This document shows positions 13,795 through 28,598 of a stretch of 63,643 nt of DNA, one piece after another. The DNA comes from Octopus bimaculoides (taxonomy: Eukaryota), in NCBI RefSeq assembly GCF_001194135.2, contig NC_068981.1:143021062-143084704 (forward strand), written 5' to 3'. The notes under the pieces were generated by a model that made no database searches, was not told the origin of the DNA, and was given only the letters and a program-made list of their open reading frames with translations. The translations under genes and the position numbers were made by a program. How positions within the stretch are numbered: the stretch's first letter is position 1; the number at the start of each line of letters is the position of its first letter.

Positions 13795-16141
13795 GCACAC
13801 ACACATTTTATTAATCGATGAAAAATATTACTGCTTATCTAAAAGTCTTGTACAAAATTCATAACCCAATAAATTCCATGTTCCAAAGGTATGCTTTTCT
13901 CATTAGAGATGGAAAGTATTTCACTTTTGATCAAATATATAGTTCAATAAAAACCACCCACTAAAAACTTACAGAATCTTAACATCCCATCTCAAAAATA
14001 ACGAGCAATTATCTTGTTGATAACCACTCGTTTAGTTGCCCATTATATTGCCTTGCCCGTGTGCTTCTTTTTCCTCTTGACTTCTATAACAACTACAATA
14101 ATCTCTTTTCATCTGAGACAGAACATGTTAACTTACTCCAACATTGAGAATCTGAATGATTCTCTATTCCGCTCAATCTCGAGAACATATAGTTATCATC
14201 ATCATTATTTTTTTTTTCCCCTCAAAACCACTGGATTTCCCGACTCGCCCATGTTTATTGCTGAACGGTCGAGCATCAGTCATATAAATCACATCAATGT
14301 CAGAGGAAATCCGAAGGTCATGGATATTAATCCTTATTTCCCTGCTGAACTGTAAAAAGATTTATAATCAGCTACAACTTTCCCTTAGAATGTTCCTCCA
14401 TATTACCATCATTAGAAACCAAATATTATCTGGCTCTCTTATACAGGTCGTGTATTACTATCCAACTGAGACAATGCACTAAAAATAGATCGACTGATGA
14501 TCAATTCGGAGATTTATTTTATCGATTCCAGGACTAAGGAAAGGATTAATCGATCCATATTGTAACGCATTTAATCTTCCGTTTTACCAATATTCCACCG
14601 ACTCACCCAAATATATTATAGATTTTATAACTAACTTGATTTTGAATTTTGTAAGTTGGAGCGTTGAATTCGATTTATTTGTGCGTTGTTCCCAATGATT
14701 ATATGAAAATCGAGCAGATTTGTGTGAGATTAGAACATAGATGACCGAGACATTCAATGTCTCTGTTACAATTATGTATCAACTCATGTGGTTGCGATAC
14801 ATTTACCATGTTGTTCCATTATTTATTATGTTATTATTTTTTATCATAGTATATGTCAAACGGCCAAAGACAGAGCAAGATGTAAACTCAAGAGATACTG
14901 ACCCCGTTTTGTTTCTTTAGAGAAAGAAATTCATTTTATCCACTGTAGAGCCGTGTTATAAAATTATCGTTATTATCGGTGGAATGGTAAGAATGTGCAC
15001 TTTCCAGAAAACGGCATTAACTTAAACCATATATTGAAGGTACTACCTCTGTTTCTCACACTAGCGTTGAAAGCATGATAAACGTAAGGGGTACAATCAT
15101 CTCTTCTCTAATTAAAGGGTATCTCAAATGTTAATCTCTTCTCTAATTAAAGAGTCTGAGATGATATATTTCAGCAGTTAAATCATTCACAGTCTATATC
15201 TCATTCATTATTAAATACGCGGGCTCCAATTTGTTTACGTGTGTAAATGTTTTGAATGCGATTTAGTTGTAATGGTTTTTGGTTCGGTCTTACATTGTTG
15301 AGTCTTGCCTCTTTAAATAAATTAGACAGCGGAGAAAGACTAGCAGCCACAAAACTGATGAATAGAAGGTGAAAGCTTATTTTCAAATAGGAAATCTATT
15401 CCAAAACCTGTACAGTTTTCGGCCTGCTGAAATCACACAAGGTTTAGAAGATTAAGTCTCTTCCTTCAGCACAATGGTACAAGTCCCGACAATGGGCTTC
15501 AGTACAGTCTCATTTAGAAGTTTTCATTCACAAAGCAGGTCAAAATTAAACTCTAGCTGAAGACACGTATCAAAATCTTTTCTTACAGGATTGAAATACG
15601 AACATCGCGGTTTCCAATCGCTAAGATTGTATTAATATTAGTTGTTTCAGATTTAGGGTGCTCTTGAATAAAGTTGTATGTATAAAGATAAAGATGGTGA
15701 TGTTAATGATTAAAGTAGGGAAGTGGTTCATATCAGGAAAAGTAGCGTAGCCAGGTTCTAAATTTAGAGGAAGCGAGCACATAACAAAAAGTACCGTGAC
15801 ACACATCAAATAAATTTTGACTCATTTCCCTTATATTACTCGAAGTATTTTATTAGTTATAATATACGTATTTATATTCTACATTCATTAATTTCATGTT
15901 TCAGTGATCATGTCATTATGTATGAAACTTCTACTGATATAGGTGTGACGTGAAAATGATGAAACTCGACGGGATCATCCAGATCGTGATGTCGGTATTT
16001 GCTTTCGTTCTTCAGATGTCAGCGGCCACCAAACACATCATAGGAGATTGAGCAGAATTCAAAAAACACTGTAGATCGGTAATGACTCGAGAAAGGTCTT
16101 AAAATGAGAGAGAAGAAGGGAGGAAGAGAGAGACTGAGAGT

Positions 16142-16143
<2 letters not shown>

Positions 16144-16232
<89 letters not shown>
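16144..16232. repeat. (GA)n microsatellite
   Basis: Direct reading; source of the RE/SL-repeat ORFs. Confidence 0.95.
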
Positions 16233-16236
<4 letters not shown>

Positions 16237-16788
16237 TCGACTTTTATCGCACAACAAATGAACTAAAAAGAATATTGAAAAGGTGCCAATTTTGAAATAT
16301 GTACTCTTAAAAAGCTGTCGTTCCGTTTGTTCAACCATTAGATACACCACTGATCAGGCATAGCTTGGCAGTTATAATGTGGCAGTTTTCGTACGTTTGA
16401 TTCCATTTGTTATAGATGTGGTAGTAATTTTATGTGGTTTTGAAACAACACTTTTCCTTCGTAAAACCTTAAACGAAGTGGCTCGTTAGAAATTGGCATA
16501 ACTAATATTATGTCTATATCCTTAAATCTGCTTTGTCACGATGCGAATTATAAAGGCGGGGAACCACCGTAAATTCATAATTCCATTGAAGCCAGCAAGA
16601 GAGCCTCTATGTATCCAATCGACCTGCTAAAATTACCAGCCAAATATTCTGAAATCACACCTACTGACGTAAGTAAAGTTTATATTAAATGAGATAGAAA
16701 CAGGATACGAACTTTATTCGTAGCTCGGCGTTTTCTGATAATTCTTTCCATGTACAATATACAGTTCTGTTTAATTACTTCTCACTAG

Positions 16789-16938
16789 GTATAAAGTTGA
16801 ACGTGCAGATTGTCAAGTCTGCGATCATGATAATTATGGCGCAAGTTCCTCAGTCAACTACCTCAGTGTAGATGGAGTGTGCTGCAATAATCACTGCGCC
16901 TGTCTGAAGTTCGTCAAATATTTTGTTGGTTTGCATTG
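16789..16938 (+). CDS. candidate 150-nt Cys-rich coding exon of an unknown gene
   Basis: Pyrimidine-rich acceptor ttacttctcactag (AG 16787-88) and donor TG|gtcagt (16939). One open frame YKVERADCQVCDHDNYGASSSVNYLSVDGVCCNNHCACLKFVKYFVGLH. An upstream donor GAC|gtaagt lies at 16669. No family recognised. Confidence 0.2.
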
Positions 16939-18060
16939 GTCAGTTTAATTCCTCCCAGAGGTAAATTTACGCGAAAGATAGATACAGTTAATTCAGTTAT
17001 TGTTACAAGAACCGCAGATAACCATCGGGTGTATGGATGTTTCACAATTGGAAAGGGATTGGATTGTATACACGGGGGAAATTTCGTAGTGCTGGAACGA
17101 TTATTTGTGATAAAATTGCTGACAATAAATGACAGAAATTGTAATTATGGAGATTTATTTGATTAAGCAAAACAGGAAAGTGTGTATTTTTCATGGGAAA
17201 AGAGTGACAAAACTATCTACTTAGCTAATACAGTGATTTCACAGTGTCCCGGTCTGTCAAGGTTTTATCTCTCAATTTACAGGGATGGCCACAATGAAAT
17301 TGTTCATATCATTATAGAACAATTGAAATATCGCAGAATCATTGTATAAATTAAAAGGAGCCTGCACTCTTGTATCAACACATGCTATATTATTGTTATT
17401 TATGAATAATTTCTAATATAAACACGAGGACATAAGTCTAGGTACTGCTCTTTTAAGTTATTTAATAGCCCGCCAGTTCTTATTGGGTACTGATTTTATT
17501 GATTGCAGAAGCATGAACTGCCAAATAACCACAGACTGGTTTTGATATATGAACATGAAGCGTTGCAACTCAGTAAACAAGATTTTTATCCGTTAGTCTA
17601 ATGACTTTACCAACTCCCTGTTTCGTAAAAATAAGACTTTTTATTATTACAAAATATAAATAAAGGAAAAGTATTGCAGTTTATGGAGTGTTTAATGGCT
17701 ACAATAACTCTAGACCAATACAATTGTATTAGTCCCAACTGTACATATCTGATCAAATCACTTGCCAAACATGTGCAACTGAAGAATATAGAATAATTAT
17801 AGTATTGGAAATTTTACAGGCAGATCGTCCCTCGGTGGGATCATAACTTATTTTAGTGAGCAGCTTAACGATGGATTACAACAGGAAGTCACAGAGGCGA
17901 ATATCTACAACCCTGCAGTCATAAAACACATTAGTGTTTTATGTTGGTTAGCCTGTAATATGCAGCCATCGATCAAACGAAGCTTGGTGTTAGTAAAACG
18001 ATTTGCTTGGAAAAATAAGTGTATATATGTGTATACATAAGTGGGTGTATGCTTGTCTAA

Positions 18061-18092
<32 letters not shown>

Positions 18093-18267
18093 NNNNNNNN
18101 NNNNNNNNNNNNNNNNNNNNNNNNNNNNNNNNNNNNNNNNNNNNNNNNNNNNNNNNNNNNNNNNNNNNNNNNNNNNNNNNNNNNNNNNNNNNNNNNNNNN
18201 NNNNNNNNNNNNNNNNNNNNNNNNNNNNNNNNNNNNNNNNNNNNNNNNNNNNNNNNNNNNNNNNNNN

Positions 18268-18308
<41 letters not shown>

Positions 18309-21300
18309 TATATATATAAACATGAATATATATTTATATATGTATACATATATATGTATATATGTATATATATGTATATATATAAATATATATATGTATG
18401 TATGTATGGATGGATGTACGTATGTATATATGTATGTATGTGTGGGTGTATATGTGTGTTTGTATGTGAAGCGAGTGAATGTGAAGGTAGGGAATGTAGC
18501 TGTAATAATCGTTTGAAGATTCATTGAGTTCGGCGAAATGTTTTGTAATAAAATGTCGCTTTAGATTTATGAAGATAGAAAAGAAGTGAATATTTCTACT
18601 GTTGAGACAGTAGAAAGAGTAGACAGTGGCGTAGATGGTGTTACAGATATGACGGAGATAGTAGTAGTAGTACTGATTTTGATCTAAGATGCGTTAGTAG
18701 CTGTTAGAGTTAGTGATAATGGTTGTTATCATAGTTTTAGCAGTGGTGATTTGCGCATTGTCAAGCCCGAAGGAATAGTTAAGGTTGCTATAGTTATAAA
18801 TAACTCGATTATCCTGCTAGAAATTCCAAGCGAATCTCCCTCAAATGGTTATGGTTAGACTCGATGAGGTCAGACCAGGGTATAAACACTATAATCATCC
18901 AGAAAAAAGAAGAGTAGCCAGCACGTTGTCTCAGATATTTGTAATACAGCACAAAACTGCCTTTTTTTAATTTCATAATCTATTGTGTAACTTGAAGGAG
19001 ATTTGACAGTTACTTTTGGTTACCTATTTCTAATAGCTCGAGTGAGCTGCTAGAAATGTACCCATTCGGCTCATGCCGATTGTGATGATGATGGTGTTAG
19101 CGACGACATCGGCCTCGGCGATTATGATAATTACGATAGATTGCCTGTAAAGTGCGTAATGTACTTTGGTTGGCAGTATATTTTTTTCATTTTGTACTTA
19201 TATTTGATATTCTAGAATTCCAGCCTAGCGCTAATCGAGTAGACCAATAGGCAAAGTAATATTATTGCGACTATCCGGAATTTTGTATGCCTTTTTTGCA
19301 GAAAGCCGAGACGTCATCATCTACGTGTCCTCTTCGAGGAAGAAAGGGCGACGTTTAAGAGAATTAGGCTGCTCATTTCAGTAGATCGATTGGTCATACG
19401 AAAACACCATTCAGCAACTCACACTTGCGCCTGTTGTCTAGTAGGACGTGCGTGATGTTATATTTATGGTTGTTGACGTGGTGGTTGTCGATAATATTAC
19501 AAATACTTTGTTATTTTTTTATTACACCTCGATCTCTCTATATATACGTGGGGTATGATGAAAACTTTTCAAGAGCTGATCATCATTTCCTTTATTTTTG
19601 TATTCAGTGTATCTGGGATAATATTATCTAGTACGTGCCGTTGTTGGTTTTAGATGTGGCTATCTTTGTGTTACTAATATTATTTATAGTGGTGAAAGTT
19701 ATGGTTGAGGTAGAGATAGTGGTCGTAGTCGTGCTGCTATCATTATGGTAGTTATGGAATTATTATAAAGTAAGCCTATGTCGAAGATAGTTCTGTCATA
19801 AACTTATCTTAGGTTCTCAAATATAGGTTCTTATTTTATTCATATTTACAACTGCATTACTAGTACTAGAAAGTGAACTACAGAAAGTGTGTTCTGTTTT
19901 AAAATCTTATCCAGCTGAATAACACTTTTCACTGACTTGCAGTGTCAATAAATAAAATATTTTTTCAGGTCCAGAACAGTGGATTGGTGCAGTTGGTAGT
20001 ACAACTTGTTCTACCTCTTATTATGTGCATTTTACGGTCAAATTCTACATAGGTGCTAATGGTCAACTGTAATCACCTGCCGTAGAGGACAGCTCATGCA
20101 TCCGGCAAATGCCAAGTGCAGATAGATAGAACTATAAACAGTCTAAATAAGTCAACAATAGCAAACGGCTGAATGCAAATAGAGAGCGAAAAGCGTTGAT
20201 AAAATTTGCTGAAATTTATTTTTTCTTTTGGTCGAATTTATTCTGTGAACTGATTACGCCGATACTAGAACATAAGAAGGGCTTCAATTGATGAAAGAGA
20301 CTAGACATTTTACGTCTGGTAGCTTTTCTGTAGTTTAACTTTTGCTGAGCCGTTAAGTCACAGAGATGTAATAATTTTAAACCGGTTGTCAAGTTGTGTG
20401 AGACGCATACACATTCATACATATCTAGAAAAGCGAAGTTACACATACTCATATATACAAGCATGAATATATATATATATGGGGGGGGGGCTGTGGGAGG
20501 CATGTGTGTGTAACTAATCATTATCCCATCATTTATTAATGTATTACAGAGTAAGCTAAAAACGATATGATCGACGTACCTAATACCGTACAGAATAAAT
20601 TCGTCATTAATTGAATGTTTCCTCTTACTTGGACCAAGAAGCGTTTGCAAATGAAACTTATACGGGAGATAATTTCAAGAAATCAAAAATAAATTATTTA
20701 AGTATGTTTATTGACACGTGTTTAAGAAAAGGATAGTGTGTTCTTTGAAAGCAAGAAACAGCAATGGCCATGTGTTGGTTTATTTGACCACGTGAGGAGA
20801 GTACAAAATTAATGTTATAGAATATGACCTGCAGTGGTTTGTTGCATCAAAGCAATTTATCGACTATTTCTAGTATTTGGAGCATTTACGTAAGGAGTAC
20901 TTCCGATGATGATGCTAATATCGTATACATGGTAACAACATGGTAATATATTTCGATGAAAATTGCAGATAGTTAATAGTTACGATACTGTTGATTACCA
21001 TCACTTTTCTACGGAAGATGGTTTTGATAATAAAAGAGAGTTAGTAGAGGAGGTGGATATATTTTAAGGTAGACGTAATGTTGTTACTGACTGGAGTGAT
21101 GCTGTTGCTATTAACAATGGCGTATTACTCTGGTACTACTGATAACAGTCGTTCTAGTTGGACTTGTTCTTTGTGGTGATGATGGTGTATTCCTGAGGTA
21201 ATGAAATCAATGATATCGTTATTGGTCCTGAAGACGCGGAGGGATATTGTTCAGTCGCAATGCAGCCTTAACAATGACCGAAAGAGTTCTACAAGTCATC

Positions 21301-23919
21301 ACTCCGTCTTAATCCAAAGCAAATTAAATCCAAGACTAATTTACTGAGCATGTCGTACTCTTTGTGGCGGCATAATGTCATTCGTAACAGATATGGTTGC
21401 TATATCTAGCATATATTGCGGCTGCATAGAGGTTCGTCTATTGATAATGCTGACAAGAATTGACGTGTTGATATGATTTAACATGACGGTATTGCTGATG
21501 CAATTTTATGATATTTTGCTGGTGGTAGTGATAATAATATTAACACAGGTAGAGCTTGATGTCGAGATAATGGCAGGAGACTGTGGGATATCTATTAGTA
21601 ATAGACATGATTTTAGTAGGAGTTATGATGGGCAGTAAAGCGTAGTGAAAGATAGCGGCGCTGATATTAATTATTGGGATTTGGTTGAAGCCTGTAAAAT
21701 ATGTAATAGTCATGTGATGGTCGTGATAACATGGGCGTTTAAGTAATAGTGGTAGTATGGTGGTATTACGGAGGGAGAGAAGTATAATAAAAGGAGAGAA
21801 CAGTAGCAGTAATGTTATGGACATGGAGTGCTATTCGTAGTATAGATAGAGACCAATGTCGTAGATGCCGATGGCGAAGGTAATATTCGTGAAGTCACTT
21901 GTTATCGCTGTGGTGGTAATAGTTGTAATGGCCGTTACCCTGGTGTTTGAAGTGGGAGCGGTAACAGTAAAGACGGTGCAGTTATCTGAGAGGGAGATAT
22001 GCTGCAGGGAAACCAAAGTTATAGATGTGTGTATATCTATATATATATTTGTGCAAATGTATGTTTGGCTGTGTACATCCGTTGCATCTATGTCTATGTG
22101 CGAAACGCGCGTATGTGTGTCGTGTGTGTACCCTGTATGTTTACAATGGACTTTCGACACACACACATGAATAACTACATGTACTTTTATATATATATAN
22201 NNNNNNNNNNNNNNNNNNNNNNNNNNNNNNNNNNNNNNNNNNNNNNNNNNNNNNNNNNNNNNNNNNNNNNNNNNNNNNNNNNNNNNNNNNNNNNNNNNNN
22301 NNNNNNNNNNNNNNNNNNNNNNNNNNNNNNNNNNNNNNNNNNNNNNNNNNNNNNNNNNNNNNNNNNNNNNNNNNNNNNNNNNNNNNNNNNNNNNNNNNNN
22401 NNNNNNNNNNNNNNNNNNNNNNNNNNNNNNNNNNNNNNNNNNNNNNNNNNNNNNNNNNNNNNNNNNNNNNNNNNNNNNNNNNNNNNNNNNNNNNNNNNNN
22501 NNNNNNNNNNNNNNNNNNNNNNNNNNNNNNNNNNNNNNNNNNNNNNNNNNNNNNNNNNNNNNNNNNNNNNNNNNNNNNNNNNNNNNNNNNNNNNNNNNNN
22601 NNNNNNNNNNNNNNNNNNNNNNNNNNNNNNNNNNNNNNNNNNNNNNNNNNNNNNNNNNNNNNNNNNNNNNNNNNNNNNNNNNNNNNNNNNNNNNNNNNNN
22701 NNNNNNNNNNNNNNNNNNNNNNNNNNNNNNNNNNNNNNNNNNNNNNNNNNNNNNNNNNNNNNNNNNNNNNNNNNNNNNNNNNNNNNNNNNNNNNNNNNNN
22801 NNNNNNNNNNNNNNNNNNNNNNNNNNNNNNNNNNNNNNNNNNNNNNNNNNNNNNNNNNNNNNNNNNNNNNNNNNNNNNNNNNNNNNNNNNNNNNNNNNNN
22901 NNNNNNNNNNNNNNNNNNNNNNNNNNNNNNNNNNNNNNNNNNNNNNNNNNNNNNNNNNNNNNNNNNNNNNNNNNNNNNNNNNNNNNNNNNNNNNNTATAT
23001 ATATATATATATATATATCATGTTCTGAGTGTGTTTGTGTATGTTAGTATTGGAGTGTATAAATATACGTGTGTATTTTCTCTATATTAATTTTCTGATT
23101 CTTATTTATTTATTTACTTATTTATTTATTCATTTATCTGTTTATTTATTTTGTTTTATTTCTTTGTGCGAGGTCGGTGAGGGAGAGGATTTTCCAATGA
23201 TGGTGAAGGGGTGAAGACTTCTGATTCTGTTTTCGTTTTCATATATTTTTTACATTTTTGTCTTTTAGTTTTTACATATATGTTGCTTTTATTTTATAAT
23301 GAAGAAATCTAAAACAAAAATAATAAAATATCAAAAATGTAAAACAGCATAACAAAAAAATAATTGCAAATAGATCGATGATCTCTGGCCACATGAAAGA
23401 GGGGAAAATATTATTACTACCTTAATATGTGATTGCCAAATATTGATCCAATGCATGGACTTATTATAAACCTTGCCAGCGTATATCTGCAACAGCAGCA
23501 GCAGCAGCGGTAGCGGCTATTGCAGTAGAAGTAGTAACAACAAGAACAGTAGCAGTAGTCGCAGCAGCAGCACCAGCAACACGAACACCAACCTCAACAA
23601 AAACAATAGAAACGTAGTAGACGGTTGAAGCAGTAATAAACAATGAAAACTAACTAACATCAGCTACAATATCGACAACATCAACATCAAGAACAGCATT
23701 GAACCTAAACTTCAGTAACCAAAAAAAAAAAAAGTGTGTGTGGGGGGGGTAATTAATATATAAAGGAAAGAAATTTAGGGACTAACGCAACACATTGTCT
23801 TATGAAACGTAAACAGAATTGCAATGCATCATTGAAAATGAAAACACTGACGATGATTAAATACGTTCGAATGAATGAACAACATTATCAACGTCTTCAT
23901 ATGATTGCCAATATTATCA

Positions 23920-23930
23920 TTATCATCATT

Positions 23931-23964
<34 letters not shown>

Positions 23965-24582
23965 CCACCACCATAACTGTCATCATCAACATCTTCATCA
24001 TCTTCATCGTCATCATCGTTGTCATGGTCGTCGTCGTCATCACAGTCATTGTCATCATCGTCGTCGTTACCATGCCCTTCCCCTCCTCCCCTCCTCCCCT
24101 CCACTTCCTCCTCTCCACCTTATACCTCTTCCTCCCCCTCTCCATCTTCTTCCTCCTCCTTCCTCTCCGCCCCAACACTCTTCCCCCTCCTCATCCTCAT
24201 CCTCCTTCTCCTCCTCTCCAACTTCTTCCCCCTCCTCCCCCTCATTCTCCTCCTCCTCTTCCCCCTCCCCCTCCTCCACATCATCCTCCCCATCCTCCTC
24301 CTCCTCTTCATCCCCTCCCCTCCTCCACNNNNNNNNNNNNNNNNNNNNNNNNNNNNNNNNNNNNNNNNNNNNNNNNNNNNNNNNNNNNNNNNNNNNNNNN
24401 NNNNNNNNNNNNNNNNNNNNNNNNNNNNNNNNNNNNNNNNNNNNNNNNNNNNNNNNNNNNNNNNNNNNNNNNNNNNNNNNNNNNNNNNNNNNNNNNNNNN
24501 NNNNNNNNNNNNNNNNNNNNNNNNNNNNNNNNNNNNNNNNNNNNNNNNNNNNNNNNNNNNNNNCTCCTCCTCCTCCTCCTCC

Positions 24583-24627
<45 letters not shown>

Positions 24628-24650
24628 CCATCATCACCATCATCACCAGC
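23920..24650. repeat. (ATC)n/(GTC)n/(CCT)n compound trinucleotide tract spanning an N gap
   Basis: Direct reading; explains the poly-I, poly-D, poly-P and poly-S ORFs. Confidence 0.9.
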
Positions 24651-25479
24651 ACCAGCATATTGCGGTTATTATTAATGCTTGTATTATTACTGTTTTGTTC
24701 TTACTGTTGATGCTGTTATTATTACCGTTGTTGATTTTGCCGCTGCTCCTGCTTTTCATAAAATCAACAACAGTTTCTAAATAAGGTGCAAAGCAACATT
24801 TTATTTAGAAACGACTGCGGTCGATTAAATCGACCTCCAATACTTTACTGTTGATCCACTCACAAAGTTGGATAATAAAAGAGAATCGAAGAAGAAAAAA
24901 AGATGGAATGAAAACTGCAAAGAATATATAAAGAGATAAAAGGAACTATATAAAAACAGCATTCTACTGTGTCTCAAATTAGTGAAGTTAGTCAATTAAA
25001 TTGCCCCCGGGATATGACTGGCACTTTCGTAAAAATTGACCCCATAGGTTTCAGACATGAGGTTGATCTTCGAAATATTGTAAGTTAAAAGATACAGAAT
25101 GATTCTTTTTTCCTACTGTATATTTTATGATGACAGGCTTCTTCAGTTCTTCCATTGACTGTGATCCATTAACGAAATACTCCTGCGTGTGTATGAATAC
25201 AAGTATACATATGTATATGTATTTCATCTCACATGTGAACAAAGTTATGGGACGCGTTATCAGAAGGAGGCTAAACGCATATTTCTTGGAGAAATTAACT
25301 TGCTCACGAACACGCAATATGCCTGATATTCAGGGAGAAGCAGCCTCATACAGACATTACTGCAGTTTGAGAGAGAACTCAAACGATATTGCAGCCCAAA
25401 CACTCACATGTGTATGTGATATATCGAATTTACTTAGGCGTTCGATAAAGTTGTTCGTGAGGTGATATTTCACAAACCA

Positions 25480-26400
25480 TCAGAATTGAAGGAACAGCGG
25501 TATGAATATTCAAAAAGTTATACGGTAAACAGACGCAGCTATTAATGCTCCCACTGAGCAGGTGTCAGTTTTTAGCGGATTCCCCCAGAAAATTATATTA
25601 GCTTGAATAATGTCTGTGTTGACTCTCCTCGGTAATACAGTCAGCCAGTCTCACCGGTTATGCTGATAAAACAAAAGTATCGCAAACTATAATGACACCC
25701 AAAAACTGTAGAAAGGGTTGACGAAACTAACATGCATTTCAATGCTGAGAAATTTCAAGCATTCAAATATCGGCCCACAAACATATCGGAGTACACAGAA
25801 AAAGATGGGTTGTATGATTCCAGAGTCAGATTTGAAGTGTGAACTGTGAATCCGTACAAGTAATGATGCAACATTCCATAGGCTTATTTCCAAATTTGCA
25901 ACACTGTGCAGGAGAGTGGCTGATTGGATTCTGAGATTCAGAATTATAAAAACTTATACCATAGTACTCCTACAAAGGACATTTATTCTCAGAGTACTTC
26001 TCTTTAATGAAGTCACTGTGGAGCGTCAACTAACAGTGGAATCGCATGGTAATCCAACGCCCCTAAGAAAGATTGACACGGTACAACATTTGAGCTGCTG
26101 CCAGAGGCTAAAAGAACTGATGTTCTTTTTAGTTGAGAGAAGAGGAAACATTTCAAAATTAGAAGATACATTCCTCAGGAACTTCCATATACATGGATGT
26201 ATGTTTGGGAATAAAAGCAATACCAACAACCGAAATGGATGAGACCACATGGTACCAAAGATTCCTTCTCGAGTACTGGCTCAGCACTTCCACAGATTAG
26301 GCTTCAAGGCTTACAAATTTTCAAATACTATTAAACAATCTCAGAAATCTGAGAGAGGTAGCTGTTAATGTTTTGAAATAACATTTCCTCAAATTTTCAT
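25480..26400 (+). mobile_element. CR1/L2-group LINE, decayed RT domain and 3' ORF2
   Basis: GFPQK (cf. GVPQG, ~25577), YADKTK (cf. YADDTK, ~25659), NAEKFQ, NDATFH, DWILR, LWS, and KIDTVQHLSCCQRLKELMFFLVERR (cf. LSYWERLKxLxLxSLERR), in the expected order. Confidence 0.75.
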
Positions 26401-27526
26401 CTCAGGTAACAGGATATCCTCTTTTCCCGGCGAAAACACAAATAATAGCAATTTTGCTCTCGAGTCTCGCAACTTCACCAGAAATAGATGTGTAGGAAAA
26501 TGCGGACAGTGATTGTTCTTTAATAACCAGTCATGTTGAAAATGTGGTCTCACAGCATAGCCACAATTTTACGTTGAAACTACTAAAGCTGAAAATGAAA
26601 ATAAAAGTAAAATTATATATTTGTGTGTGCGTGTGTACGTGTACGTGTGTGTGTGAATAATTCGATTATATCATGAAAAAAAAAAACCAAAGCGTTTTCT
26701 TTAGATGAATTAACAATAATTAAAATTTTGTTTCGGAGAAAAAGATCCCAAAATTTAGGATTTGTATTAACCATCTAATTTTGGCATCAATAAAGAGATA
26801 AGGTAGTATACATTTATGTGCTTTTCTATGTATGTGTTTATGTATGTACGTATGTATGTATATGTGCACTTACGTATGTATGTAAGGGGAATAACGTTAG
26901 ATCCCAAATATCGAAATGAGACGATGGCTATTTTCTTTCGATGAGCGATCTGACTGTAAGGAAATAAAGCAACCTGAAAATGATTACGCAAAGAAACGTG
27001 TTTACAGAATGTTTATATCGTTCGGTCGATAAAAGATTTTGCTTTTGTACCAACTTTGTTTCGTTTTCCCTATCAGCCAGACCCAAATAATGTAGAAACT
27101 CGCTTTTGGTCGGCTGTGAAATGGCGTTTGTTTTTATTTTATTTACTTCCTATTTTTGCTTAGGCATGTTAACAAACACGATTATTCCTAAAAGGTACGT
27201 ACTTGGGACAAAGTAAAAAAAAAGTGATGAAATCACTACTGATTTCGCATTCTTTGAAGTATGTGCGCCATTCACCTTATAAGTAAAATTTCTCTGAACA
27301 CGTTTTAATGTGACCGACTAAGATGAAAGGAACGTACCGAACGACACCAAGTACTTTAGATATCTTTCAACAAAACACGAGATCGACTTACTCATGTCGG
27401 CAAAGTCTTTTAAATGTAACGTTGTACATGTTCTTCATTAATTCTCAGAAGTATATATAAATACATATATATTAATACGCGTGCGCGCATGCGCTCACAC
27501 AAATGTATCTATCTGTTTGTCTGCCT

Positions 27527-27563
<37 letters not shown>

Positions 27564-27800
27564 TATATATATTTACACATACACGCTCATGCACGTACAC
27601 ACACATATAGACAAGAGGAAATGGAATATTAAAAGATGTATTTAATTCTGTCAAAAAGTAATCGTTTTCCCATTTCTAGAAAATAATATGATCTGGCATG
27701 AATATGGCTACATCATATTAAGTTTACTTTTAACATATTCCCGTGACGTAGCCGTTACGCAAATTAAATGCTCCCAACATGTCAACTGTATCGATCGGGT

Positions 27801-28380
27801 TACTAAGGGGAGTGAAAAATTATCCGCAATTTCGAAAAACTATCTTGAGGTTGGCTGCACTGCTTTCAGCTCTCGTATGCTAAACGGTCATATATAATCT
27901 TTTGGTTACCTGAACTAGTTGCAAACTTTGACCGCTTCAGTCCAACTTTTGTGTTACAGCGTAAGCATGGTCACCTAGCTAGTAGTGTGCACGAAGAAAC
28001 AACAGATATCAGTGATTCAATTTCTCTGATCTGAAGGTGTATCCAACGCTGAAATTCATTGCATGCTTTCATTACAATACAGGGATAGTGCTGTGCCGTG
28101 GAGAACTGTGCAGGGAGGCATGGAGAAGTTTGAAAATGGACGGAAAAGCGTGAAGCATGAAGAGGGAGAAATAGGGACATAAACCTGCACCACTGACCTG
28201 AAGATTCAACAGATTCGGAAGAAGGTTCTGGCGAACTGACGAGTGACTGCTGATGAAGTGGCATGTTCTCTGCACATTAGCCATGGTTCAGTATATGAAA
28301 TCATCCACGACAAATTTCGCTTCCTGAAAGTCTGTGCGAAATGGATGTCAAGAGAGCTTTCCAAACAATAGAATGAATTT
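27801..28380 (+). mobile_element. mariner transposon, 5' fragment (HTH region)
   Basis: EQQISVIQFL*SEGVSNAEIHCMLSLQY...KFENGRKSVKHEEG...RVTADEVACSLHISHGSVYEIIHDKFRFLKVCAKWMSREL matches the mariner N-terminus up to the ARWVP-type motif. Confidence 0.85.
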
Positions 28381-28529
28381 GTAAATACAGTACATAATCG
28401 ACTGTCTAAATTCTTCATTTATACAGACTGATACGAAATATGTTATCTGTTTATTCTCCATCGCATTCTCCCTTTGTCCCTATCTCTCTTCTATCAGTCT
28501 TCCTCTCCCACCCACCTTTCATGCCATAC

Positions 28530-28598
<69 letters not shown>

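Noticed and set aside
14200-14352. Minus-strand exon candidate (tttttacag|FSREIRINIHDLRISSDIDVIY...)
   Set aside because: Acceptor is plausible but there is no good donor and no recognisable family.
15350-15385. CTGATGA...GAAAGCTT hammerhead-like match
   Set aside because: No stem II or stem I pairing; expected by chance in AT-rich DNA.
23802-24710. Poly-I/P/D/S ORFs
   Set aside because: Compound trinucleotide microsatellite plus a gap.
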